Positions 1 through 8,203 of a DNA stretch of 49,939 bases are shown in pieces. The notes under the pieces were generated by a model. That model had not been told where the DNA came from and did not search any database. It saw only the letters and a program-made list of their open reading frames with translations. Source of the DNA: Nitrospirota bacterium. GTDB lineage: Bacteria; Nitrospirota; Thermodesulfovibrionia; UBA6902; BMS3Bbin08. Where the stretch lies: NCBI GenBank assembly GCA_030637135.1, contig DAOVVO010000001.1, forward strand, positions 1 to 49,939, in the 5' to 3' direction. The position numbers and the translations under genes were made by a program. Position 1 is the stretch's first letter, and every line of letters starts with the position of its first letter.

Positions 1-120
1 AAGATAAAGAATATCATCCTATCAAATGCATGCTGTGGACTTGAAGGTGATGGGTTGCTCGCTATTTACAACCTCGAAGACTTTATAGATTTTTTAGAAT
101 TTGAGGGAAACATCGGGTGA
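1..120 (+). CDS. 3' end of an unidentified CDS (partial at window edge)
   Basis: Frame 1 is open from base 1 to TGA at 118-120 (…LEDFIDFLEFEGNIG*). No family recognised. Confidence 0.2.
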   Translation, partial: KIKNIILSNACCGLEGDGLLAIYNLEDFIDFLEFEGNIG

Positions 121-296
121 AATGAGAGAGGGCATTTCAAGGTTAATAAAATCAAACTGTTGGTTGTTCTCATTCAATATCCTTACTGTGTAATTGATAA
201 GTCATTTTATAAAGAATTTGCAAAAAAGGGAATAAATTTGTGAAGTGTAACGCGTAATGCGTGACAATTTTTGTTTTTGTACTACCAACCCCTCGT

Positions 297-320
297 CCCA
301 CCTCGTAGGTGGGCTCATGG
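297..320. repeat. REP-like hairpin, copy 1 (CCCACCT-CGT-AGGTGGG followed by CTCATGG)
   Basis: 7-bp stem with 3-nt loop at 297-313. Shares AGGTGGGCTCATGG with the copy at 1137-1150. Overlaps the 3' end of the RAYT gene. Confidence 0.75.
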
Positions 321-986
321 ATGATCGATAAGCAATTCTTTTATGTGTGCTAAATCTCTTTGGTATGACGCTCTGTTTGTCACAAATTTTCTGTAAGAAG
401 CTGGGTCAATCGTGAGGAGATCATCATAGGTACAAATCTTCTCATTATCATCTACCATCAGCATATATTCCTTATAGGAAGACGCCGGCCACTCCTCTGG
501 TTTATCTGCAAGATAAGCGGTTAAAGGATTAAGATGGATATAGCGTGTTAAATGGAGTAACTGTTCATCGGTTTTAACCAGTGCATTTTTAAACCTGCCC
601 TCCCATAATGGGCCTTTCCTTTTATATTTGGTATTAAAATAGCGTGTATAACTGTTCAAAATAGTGCTCATAAACGTTGAGATCCCATGTTGTTTGAACT
701 GCTTCACAATTAAATGTAAATGAGTAGGCATAAGACAGAAAGCAATAATATCTACAAGTTTTTCATCAGGTGAGGGAATAGTGTCATCATGCTGATTCCT
801 GCTGACCATGGATAAGTTAAGAAACTTGGAAAATTTTAAAGATGGTTTTTCTCTTTGATAATAGCGAATTGTTGCCATCATCCTTGAGAATTCAGAGTCA
901 TTGTTAAATACTTTAAAACCCGCAATGCTTTTAGTAAAGACATGATACACTTCCCCCTCTACTAATAAATCCTTCCTTATATACAC
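315..986 (-). CDS. REP-associated tyrosine transposase (RAYT; IS200/IS605-like Y1 HUH transposase)
   Basis: 223-aa ORF with HUH motif (MPTHLHLIV) and catalytic-Tyr motif (TRYIHLNP). Flanked on both sides by GCCCACCT...AGGTGGGC hairpins. Confidence 0.85.
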   Translation of the reverse strand: MYIRKDLLVEGEVYHVFTKSIAGFKVFNNDSEFSRMMATIRYYQREKPSLKFSKFLNLSMVSRNQHDDTIPSPDEKLVDIIAFCLMPTHLHLIVKQFKQHGISTFMSTILNSYTRYFNTKYKRKGPLWEGRFKNALVKTDEQLLHLTRYIHLNPLTAYLADKPEEWPASSYKEYMLMVDDNEKICTYDDLLTIDPASYRKFVTNRASYQRDLAHIKELLIDHP

Positions 987-1020
987 TTTTCCCTCCTTCT
1001 ACCCTTTATTTTATACCGTC

Positions 1021-1055
1021 CCCCTTAAGCCCACCTCGTAGGTGGGCTTAAGGGG
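1021..1055. repeat. REP hairpin, copy 2 (perfect 16-bp stem, 3-nt loop)
   Basis: CCCCTTAAGCCCACCT-CGT-AGGTGGGCTTAAGGGG read directly from the sequence. Confidence 0.9.
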
Positions 1056-1119
1056 ATGATTTAATTTTAAGGTTAATTGTTTGAAATATCAACAAAAATA
1101 CATTATATGCCTATCTTTA

Positions 1120-1150
1120 CCATGAGCCCACCTACGAGGTGGGCTCATGG
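1120..1150. repeat. REP hairpin, copy 3, inverted orientation (14-bp stem, loop ACG)
   Basis: CCATGAGCCCACCT-ACG-AGGTGGGCTCATGG. The loop is the reverse complement of the CGT loop in copies 1 and 2. Confidence 0.9.
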
Positions 1151-1180
1151 GTTGGGGAGATTGTTGCGTTTACTTTGATT

Positions 1181-1230
1181 AATTGCGTATAATCTTTTTA
1201 AATCACGTTAAATCACGGATAATCGCAGAT
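1181..1230. repeat. Five tandem 10-nt units phased on AAT (AATTGCGTAT AATCTTTTTA AATCACGTTA AATCACGGAT AATCGCAGAT)
   Basis: Exact 10-nt register read from the sequence. Related inverted copies (CAATCACGGG, CTGTGATTAT) lie at 1244-1270, upstream of yebC. Confidence 0.6.
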
Positions 1231-1293
1231 TAATAAAAACGGGCAATCACGGGTAATACTCTGTGATTATCTGCTCAAGGATATCTCAACACT

Positions 1294-2046
1294 ATGTCAG
1301 GACATTCTAAATGGGCACAGACAAAACACAAAAAAGCCGTTGTTGATGTGCGGAGGGGTAAGCTTTTCTCAAGGATTTCCAAGGAAATAAGCGTATCTGC
1401 ACGGATAGGTGGTGGTAATCCTGATATGAATCCTCGGCTCAGACTCGCTGTTGAGAAGGCAAAGGAAGCAAATATGCCTTCTGATAATATTAAACGGGCA
1501 ATAATGAAAGGGACAGGGGAACTCCCTGGAGCAACGTACGAGGAATCTGTGTATGAAGGTTACGGACCCGGAGGTGTGGCGGTCATGCTTGAGGTTCTTA
1601 CGGATAATAAAAACAGGACTATTTCTGAACTCAGACATATTATGTCTAAACACGGCGGCAATATGGGTGAGGCAGGATGCGTTGCCTGGATTTTTGATAA
1701 AAGGGGTTATATACTTGTTGGTAAAAAAGTGATAGAGGAGGAAATGTTGATGTCCGTTGCTCTTGACGCAGGTGCAGAAGACATGAAAAACGAGCCTGAA
1801 GAGGAAAATTACGAGATTATAACAGCCCCCGAGGATTTAAAAAAAGTAAGAGAAGCGATTGAAAAGGAAAACGTTAAAATTAATCTTGCAGAGATTACGA
1901 TGCTCCCAAAGAGTTACGTTAAACTCGATACTAAAGATGCCGAAAAGATGTTGAGATTAATGGATGCCCTTGAGGAACATGATGATGTGCAGAATGTTTT
2001 TGCAAATTTTGATATCCCTGAGGAAATCATGGCAAAGACAGAATAA
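1294..2046 (+). CDS. yebC: YebC/PmpR family DNA-binding transcriptional regulator
   Basis: N-terminus [15 protein letters not shown] and full-length family-typical sequence (250 aa). Confidence 0.95.
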   Translation: MSGHSKWAQTKHKKAVVDVRRGKLFSRISKEISVSARIGGGNPDMNPRLRLAVEKAKEANMPSDNIKRAIMKGTGELPGATYEESVYEGYGPGGVAVMLEVLTDNKNRTISELRHIMSKHGGNMGEAGCVAWIFDKRGYILVGKKVIEEEMLMSVALDAGAEDMKNEPEEENYEIITAPEDLKKVREAIEKENVKINLAEITMLPKSYVKLDTKDAEKMLRLMDALEEHDDVQNVFANFDIPEEIMAKTE

Positions 2047-2106
2047 AATGCACAATTCAAAACACAGAAATAAAAATTAATGAACTCATCTTATTTTTAA
2101 TATTAC

Positions 2107-2619
2107 ATGCGTATAATGGGTATCGATCCTGGAACGATTTGCTGTGGTTACGGGATTGTCGATACAAATAAGAGACCGTCTTCCCACCCTGTTTACATTT
2201 CCTCTGGTGAAATACGGATGAACAAAAAAGATGCGCTTCCGGCACGGCTCAAGATACTTTTTGATTCACTGAAAACAACAATCAATACTTATAAACCTTC
2301 CCAATTATGCATTGAAAAAATTTTTTACCATAAAAGTATTCCGTCCGCCTTAGCTCTCGGTTCGACCAGGGGTATTGCCATGCTCCTTGCTGCTGAAAAT
2401 TCCATGCCGGTTTTTGAATACAATGCAACTGAACTGAAGATGGCGTTGACAGGATACGGGAGAGCGGAAAAAAGGCAGGTAAGGGATATGGTGTTACGGA
2501 TATTAAACCTTACATCATCAGACACTGCTATGACTGAAGATAGTGCTGATGCCCTTGCCCTGTGCATCTGCCATATTAACTCGTCAAAGTTTAAATTCCA
2601 GAATCCAAGCATCAAATAA
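2107..2619 (+). CDS. ruvC: Crossover junction endodeoxyribonuclease RuvC
   Basis: MRIMGIDPG... N-terminus, DSADALALCICH near the C-terminus. Followed by ruvA and ruvB. Confidence 0.93.
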   Translation: MRIMGIDPGTICCGYGIVDTNKRPSSHPVYISSGEIRMNKKDALPARLKILFDSLKTTINTYKPSQLCIEKIFYHKSIPSALALGSTRGIAMLLAAENSMPVFEYNATELKMALTGYGRAEKRQVRDMVLRILNLTSSDTAMTEDSADALALCICHINSSKFKFQNPSIK

Positions 2620-2815
2620 CAGATAAATTCCAATATACAAATCACAAACAAAAAAGATATTTTGGTCATTGGATTTTTATCATTGAGATTTGTTTGGCTC
2701 ACGGCTCGTAGAGAATTTGGGTATTGTAAATTCGTCCTAACCCGAGATGGATTTCATTTGACATTTTAATTTTGACATTTGGTATCCTATATTGGATAGA
2801 TAAGGGGAACCGGAG

Positions 2816-3409
2816 TTGATAGCATCTCTGAAAGGCGTAATCATAAGCAAAAAACCTGACGGGATAATTGTAGAGGTGGGAGGTATTGGTTATCACGTAT
2901 CTATTCCTCTCTGCAGTCTGGGGGACATACCTGAAAATGGCGGGGATATTTTCCTGCACACGTACACACATGTCCGCGAAGATGCATTACAGCTTTACGG
3001 GTTTCTATCGGATGAAGAACGAAAAGTTTTTGTTTCACTCCTTGGCATCAACGGAATAGGACCAAAGCTGGGATTGGCTATTCTCTCCGGGATGTCTGTA
3101 AAGAAATTTATGGAAGCTGTTGTGAACGAAGATATATCTTCGCTATTAACTATTCCGGGACTGGGAAAGAAAACGGCATCAAGGCTTATATTGGAACTGA
3201 GAGAAAAGCTCCCAAAGGTATTTGCCCATTCAAAAGAAGGTTCTGCCGGAAGCGAAGCGGTTTCTGCGCTCATTAATCTGGGTTACAAAAAGTCTCTCTC
3301 TGAGAAAGCCGTAGAAACGGCTGTAAAAAACGGAGCAGATTCTATTGAGAATATAATAAAAGAGGCATTGAAATATTTAACAGGAACACATAAATCCAGT
3401 ATATTTTAA
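2816..3409 (+). CDS. ruvA: Holliday junction DNA helicase subunit RuvA
   Basis: TTG start. MIASLKGVI..., GIGYHV, HhH motifs (INGIGPKLG, IPGLGKKTA). Confidence 0.93.
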   Translation: MIASLKGVIISKKPDGIIVEVGGIGYHVSIPLCSLGDIPENGGDIFLHTYTHVREDALQLYGFLSDEERKVFVSLLGINGIGPKLGLAILSGMSVKKFMEAVVNEDISSLLTIPGLGKKTASRLILELREKLPKVFAHSKEGSAGSEAVSALINLGYKKSLSEKAVETAVKNGADSIENIIKEALKYLTGTHKSSIF

Positions 3410-3605
3410 AATTCCAAATCACGAGCATCAAAAAGAAATAAATTCCAATTTACCATCCCTCATTAATTAGAGTGATAGGCACTTCATCTGAATCATGTTT
3501 TTTTCTGTATCTATGGTGGCGATTGTAATTTTCTTGTAGAGATACGCCTGGGGATTTGTAATTTGGGATTTATTGTAGTAATTTAAACTGATAAAGGAAA
3601 ACCAT

Positions 3606-4628
3606 ATGGAAGACTCTTCTGATAGGGCTATAACTCCCCGGGTTAGGGAAGAAGACAGTGGTTTTGAATTACATGTTCGACCGCGGTCATTTGATGAGTT
3701 TGTCGGTCAGGACAAGATCAAAGAAAATCTCAAGGTCTTCATACAGGCAGCTAAGCAAAGGAGTGAAGCACTTGACCACGTTTTGTTCTGCGGTCCCCCG
3801 GGACTTGGCAAAACCACACTTGCACATATCATTTCCTCTGAACTCGGTGTGGAGATAAAGATGACCTCCGGTCCTGTTCTCGAGAGACCCGGTGACCTCG
3901 CAGCCATCCTGACGAATCTCGGTGACAAAGATATACTCTTTATTGATGAAATTCACCGGCTTCCGCGCATATCAGAGGAGATTCTCTACCCTGCCATGGA
4001 GGACTACCAGCTGGATATTGTTATAGGGCAGGGGCCGAGCGCACGGATGCTTAAATTAAATCTCCCTCGTTTCACTCTTGTTGGTGCTACCACAAGAACT
4101 GGTCTTCTTACCTCTCCTCTGAGGGACCGTTTTGGTGTAATCAACAGGCTTGATTATTACAGTCCTGCACATCTTGAGGAAATCCTTCTTCGCTCTGCAG
4201 AGATATTTCATGTGGAAATAAAGGAGGATGCTGCTGCAGAGATTGCGTGCAGGGCACGCGGCACCCCGAGAATTGCCAATAGACTTCTAAAAAGGGTAAG
4301 GGATTTTGCCCAGGTAAAAGGAAGCGGTGTGGTTGAAAAAGATATTACGAATGAGGCGCTGGGCGCGATGGATGTTGACGGGAAGGGTTTTGATGAAATG
4401 GACAGGAAATTGTTGCTTACCATTATGGAAAAATTTAACGGGGGTCCTGTAGGACTTGATACACTTGCTGCATCTGTACGGGAGGAGAAAGAGACAATAG
4501 AGGATGTGTATGAACCATATCTTTTGCAGGAAGGGTTTATTGAAAGGACGTCACGGGGCAGGGTGGCAACAAACCTGGCGTATGAGTATTTTGGAATACC
4601 CGGCACTCAAAATAGAAGATTGCTGTAA
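3606..4628 (+). CDS. ruvB: Holliday junction DNA helicase RuvB
   Basis: [11 protein letters not shown], Walker [10 protein letters not shown], Walker [19 protein letters not shown]. Confidence 0.96.
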   Translation: MEDSSDRAITPRVREEDSGFELHVRPRSFDEFVGQDKIKENLKVFIQAAKQRSEALDHVLFCGPPGLGKTTLAHIISSELGVEIKMTSGPVLERPGDLAAILTNLGDKDILFIDEIHRLPRISEEILYPAMEDYQLDIVIGQGPSARMLKLNLPRFTLVGATTRTGLLTSPLRDRFGVINRLDYYSPAHLEEILLRSAEIFHVEIKEDAAAEIACRARGTPRIANRLLKRVRDFAQVKGSGVVEKDITNEALGAMDVDGKGFDEMDRKLLLTIMEKFNGGPVGLDTLAASVREEKETIEDVYEPYLLQEGFIERTSRGRVATNLAYEYFGIPGTQNRRLL

Positions 4629-4933
4629 TTCAAGAAGAAATGTATAAATTCCAAATTTGAAACACCTATAATTGCATAATCTCGGCGCGTTGACACGACC
4701 AATCAGTTCAATTCCCGGAAACGAGTTGCGGTGCAAGATGCATCAACGTATAGATGTTTCGACGTACCGGGATTCCGGGAGCCGGTTCCTACTATGTGAA
4801 TATAAAAATGGACTGCGCGACTTTGTTAATTTGAAGATTTTGTGATTGTGATTTCATCATAACTACGGAGATTGACGTTGTTTGGTATCTTAACTTTGAT
4901 TTTGTGCATTGTAACAATAATCCGGAACAGCTT

Positions 4934-5584
4934 ATGAAAATTCTTCTTCATATGTGCTGTGCAAATTGTGCTCTGTATCCTGTTCACGTATTCAGGAAGG
5001 AAGGACACGATTTCACCGGGTTTTGGTTTAATCCTAATATACATCCGCTTCAGGAATATACCTTAAGACTTGAATCCCTGAAGAATCTCTCAGATAGATG
5101 GCGTATTGAAATGGTTTATTTTGATGAATATAATCCAGCAGAATTTTTTAAAATGTTTGATACAGGGGACTCACAGGTAATCTCTACGGATGATTTAAAC
5201 GGGCTGAACAGTTTAAGCAGCTTAAACTATAATGTTGAAAAAATTTCTGAAACTTTTCCTCCACATCCTGAGCGGTGTAAGTCTTGTTATAGTCTGAGGC
5301 TTGAAAGAACTGCAGAGCAGGCGCAAAAACACGGTTTCGATGCATTTTCTACCTCTCTGCTCATAAGTCCCTATCAGGACTTTGAGCAGATTCTGAGGAC
5401 AGGTAAAAAACTTGCTGATACATATAATGTTTTTTTCTATTTCAGGGATTTCAGACAATACTTCAGGGAAGCCATGTCTTATGCAGGTCAAATCGGTCTT
5501 TACCGGCAGAAATACTGTGGATGTGTATACAGTGAGAAAGAGAAAAAGGAGAAAAAGAGGAAAAATCCAAATGCCAAGCTTTAA
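4934..5584 (+). CDS. queH: Epoxyqueuosine reductase QueH (DUF208)
   Basis: MKILLHMCCANC, NPNIHPLQEY, CKSCYSLRL, LYRQKYCGC motifs. The ATG at 4934 is preferred over the upstream GTG at 4904. Confidence 0.8.
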   Translation: MKILLHMCCANCALYPVHVFRKEGHDFTGFWFNPNIHPLQEYTLRLESLKNLSDRWRIEMVYFDEYNPAEFFKMFDTGDSQVISTDDLNGLNSLSSLNYNVEKISETFPPHPERCKSCYSLRLERTAEQAQKHGFDAFSTSLLISPYQDFEQILRTGKKLADTYNVFFYFRDFRQYFREAMSYAGQIGLYRQKYCGCVYSEKEKKEKKRKNPNAKL

Positions 5585-5650
5585 ATAACGGATGCAATCT
5601 ATTAAGATGAGTTGAGATAAAATACCAAAGACCAAATCACAAATTCTCTA

Positions 5651-5667
5651 CTCTACGAGTCGTAGAC
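5651..5667 (-). repeat. Variant copy of the core repeat (CTCTACGAGTCGTAGAC)
   Basis: Differs by one base from CTCTATGAGTCGTAGAC. It sits within an element related to 2640-2720 that lacks this insert. Confidence 0.7.
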
Positions 5668-5801
5668 GAGCCGTGAGCCAAATAAACCCCAATGACCGAA
5701 ATTCAAAAAAACCACAAAAATACAGTAAGAAGGGATGAATTTTGGAAGTATATGTACCATTTGTTATGTGGTAATTGGAACCTGGAATTTATTTGATTAT
5801 T

Positions 5802-5819
5802 GGTCTACGACTCATAGAG
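5802..5819 (+). repeat. Copy of the core repeat (GGTCTACGACTCATAGAG)
   Basis: Read from the sequence in the queH-DUF2905 spacer. Confidence 0.8.
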
Positions 5820-5868
5820 TGCTTGAAATGTGGAATTTGAAACATTTAGATTTAATAGTTCAAGAACT

Positions 5869-6105
5869 ATGCATGACAGCCTTCACTATTTTGGTAAGTT
5901 ATTAATCATTCTTGGCATAGTAATCGCCGCCTTAGGGGTGTTGCTCCTGTTATTCAAACAGAGCGGGATACCGTTTATTGGGAAACTTCCGGGCGATATT
6001 GTAATCCGGAAGAAAAACTTTGTGTTTTATTTCCCCATTGCAACAAGTATTATCCTGAGTATTGTACTGAGTCTAATCCTGTATTTTATTTTTGGAAGAA
6101 AATGA
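5869..6105 (+). CDS. Small membrane protein, DUF2905-like
   Basis: Two hydrophobic segments plus GKLPGDIVIRKKNFVFYFP. The stop overlaps the next start (ATGA). Confidence 0.65.
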   Translation: MHDSLHYFGKLLIILGIVIAALGVLLLLFKQSGIPFIGKLPGDIVIRKKNFVFYFPIATSIILSIVLSLILYFIFGRK

Positions 6106-7073
6106 AGCGATTCCAATATTTAATAATTTTGATACTGACTTGTTTATTTGTTCAATCTGTGAGGGGTGAGGATAGCATTAAAGTCCTTATTGTTGAAGAT
6201 CCGAATGCCCCGCTTCTCAGTGAAGATGCAGAAAAATTGGGAAGTCTGCAAGGTGATATATTCATTAATGGCCATGTATACAGCGGTTTAATAGATATAA
6301 GAAAGGACAAAGACGGACTCCATTTTATTAACGAGCTTCCTCTTGATAACTACGTAGAAGGAGTTATTGCCGCAGAAATAGGAGAGGACTGGGATATGGA
6401 AGCCCTCAAAGCCCAGGCAGTCGTATCAAGGACTTATGCTTTGTATATAAGAGATCAAAATAAAGGAAAAGATTACCATATAACCTCAAGTTTTCTACAT
6501 CAGGTTTATAAAGGTGATAACACGAGTGAGAAGATTCATCTGGCTGTGAAAGGAACCGAAGGGGAAATTCTGACATATCAAGAGCAGCCAATAAGGGCAT
6601 TTTATCATTCAGCATGTAAAGGTGCAACAGAACTCCCTGAAGAAGTATGGATGGAGAGTTATCCCTATCTGCGATCGGTTCCGTGCAGAGGAGAAAATTC
6701 ACCTTATGAATACTGGGTCAGAAGATTTGATATTGAAGAGATAGAGAAGGCGCTTGGGATAAAGGGGTTAAACGATATACATATTACCTCTTTAACCTCT
6801 ACAGGCAGGGTTAAAACAGTCACTCTGAGTACAGAAGATTCGGAGTTAGAGGTTCATGCAGCGGATTTAAGAAAACTCATCGGATATGAGGAGCTCCCAA
6901 GCACTCATTTTACTGTTTCTATCGTTGGAAGAGAAGTGATTTTTCAAGGCAGTGGTAATGGTCACGCAGTAGGACTTTCTCAATGGGGGGCGCTGGAAAT
7001 GGCACAAGGAGGAAGTATGTATAAAGAAATTTTAAAGCATTATTACCCTGAAACCGTGCTGCAAAAACAGTGA
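6102..7073 (+). CDS. SpoIID/LytB domain protein
   Basis: Signal-like N-terminus. AVVSRTYAL, FYHSACKGATE, GHAVGLSQWGA motifs. Confidence 0.85.
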   Translation: MKRFQYLIILILTCLFVQSVRGEDSIKVLIVEDPNAPLLSEDAEKLGSLQGDIFINGHVYSGLIDIRKDKDGLHFINELPLDNYVEGVIAAEIGEDWDMEALKAQAVVSRTYALYIRDQNKGKDYHITSSFLHQVYKGDNTSEKIHLAVKGTEGEILTYQEQPIRAFYHSACKGATELPEEVWMESYPYLRSVPCRGENSPYEYWVRRFDIEEIEKALGIKGLNDIHITSLTSTGRVKTVTLSTEDSELEVHAADLRKLIGYEELPSTHFTVSIVGREVIFQGSGNGHAVGLSQWGALEMAQGGSMYKEILKHYYPETVLQKQ

Positions 7074-7139
7074 TGGGCACTGCGTAAAGAGCAGGGCATT
7101 AAACATACATAATGCATCGCGCATTACGCATAGCTGATT

Positions 7140-8147
7140 ATGAAACTGTCAGAATTTGATTATTATCTTCCAAGAAATCGAATAGCACAGTATCCGGCTG
7201 ATGAAAGAGACTCGTCAAGGCTTCTTGTACTTCACAGAAAACGTGGAGCAATAGAACACAGGATGTTTAAAGATATCATTGAATACGTGCAAGCCGGTGA
7301 TGTTCTTGTTCTCAATAATACAAGGGTTATTCCCGCCCGTCTATACGGTAAGAAACCTTCGGGAGGAAAGATCGAGGTTCTCTTAATAAAAGAATATCTT
7401 ACAAATAAGTGGCAGGCCCTTGTCAGGGGAATGTACCAGGGTTCCATAACACTAAAAAACGGTATGTCTGGATTCATATCACGCAACAACGGGATTGCGA
7501 CAATTACCTTCCATGATGATATCAAAAAGTCGTTAAGAGAAATCGGTGTTATGCCCCTCCCTCCCTATATTAAAAGACCTGCCCATAAACTGGATGATCA
7601 ACGTTATCAAACAGTATATGCAGAAAAGGATGGCGCTCTCGCTGCTCCAACAGCTGGTCTTCATTTTACGAAGGAGATTCTTGACAGAATAGAGAGAAAA
7701 GGCGTGAGTGTTATAAGGCTGACGCTCCATGTAGGTTATGGCACGTTTAAACCAGTTGTATCTCATGAAATAGAACAGCATCGGATGGATGAAGAGTATT
7801 ATGAAATACCAGAGAATACGGCACATATCATTAACCATGCACAAAACAAAGGTAAAAGGGTGATAGCAACAGGAACGACTGTTACCAGGGCGCTTGAGGC
7901 AGCCGCCATGAATGGTGGAGATGGTAAAATAAAATCCGGCAGAGGGACATCAGGACTATTTATTTATCCGGGGTATACGTTCCAGGTTATAGATGGTCTT
8001 ATTACAAATTTCCACCTCCCTAAATCAACCCCTTTTATGCTCACGTCTGCTTTTGCTGGACTCGCTCTTCTCAAGAAAACGTACCGTGATGCTCTTCACA
8101 GGAACTATAGGTTTTTCTCTTATGGAGATGCTATGCTTATTCTATAA
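7140..8147 (+). CDS. queA: S-adenosylmethionine:tRNA ribosyltransferase-isomerase QueA
   Basis: MKLSEFDYYLP, PTAGLHFT, GTTVTRALE, FFSYGDAMLI. Confidence 0.95.
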   Translation: MKLSEFDYYLPRNRIAQYPADERDSSRLLVLHRKRGAIEHRMFKDIIEYVQAGDVLVLNNTRVIPARLYGKKPSGGKIEVLLIKEYLTNKWQALVRGMYQGSITLKNGMSGFISRNNGIATITFHDDIKKSLREIGVMPLPPYIKRPAHKLDDQRYQTVYAEKDGALAAPTAGLHFTKEILDRIERKGVSVIRLTLHVGYGTFKPVVSHEIEQHRMDEEYYEIPENTAHIINHAQNKGKRVIATGTTVTRALEAAAMNGGDGKIKSGRGTSGLFIYPGYTFQVIDGLITNFHLPKSTPFMLTSAFAGLALLKKTYRDALHRNYRFFSYGDAMLIL

Positions 8148-8148
8148 G

Positions 8149-8176
8149 TTGACACTTTGGTTTTGAATTTTATTTT
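8149..8176 (+). promoter_or_regulatory. Candidate sigma70-type promoter (TTGACA-16 nt-TATTTT) upstream of phoH
   Basis: TTGACA at 8149-8154 and TATTTT at 8171-8176, read from the sequence. No experimental support. Confidence 0.35.
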
Positions 8177-8203
8177 GTTTCTTGGTATCCTTAAGGTAGT
8201 AAG

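Noticed and set aside
1201-1230. The AATCACGGATAAT units read on the other strand (TTATCCGTGATT) as DnaA boxes.
   Set aside because: Only the TTATCC half matches the TTATCCACA consensus. The location is 38 kb from dnaA, and the motif belongs to a repeat family seen elsewhere in the window.
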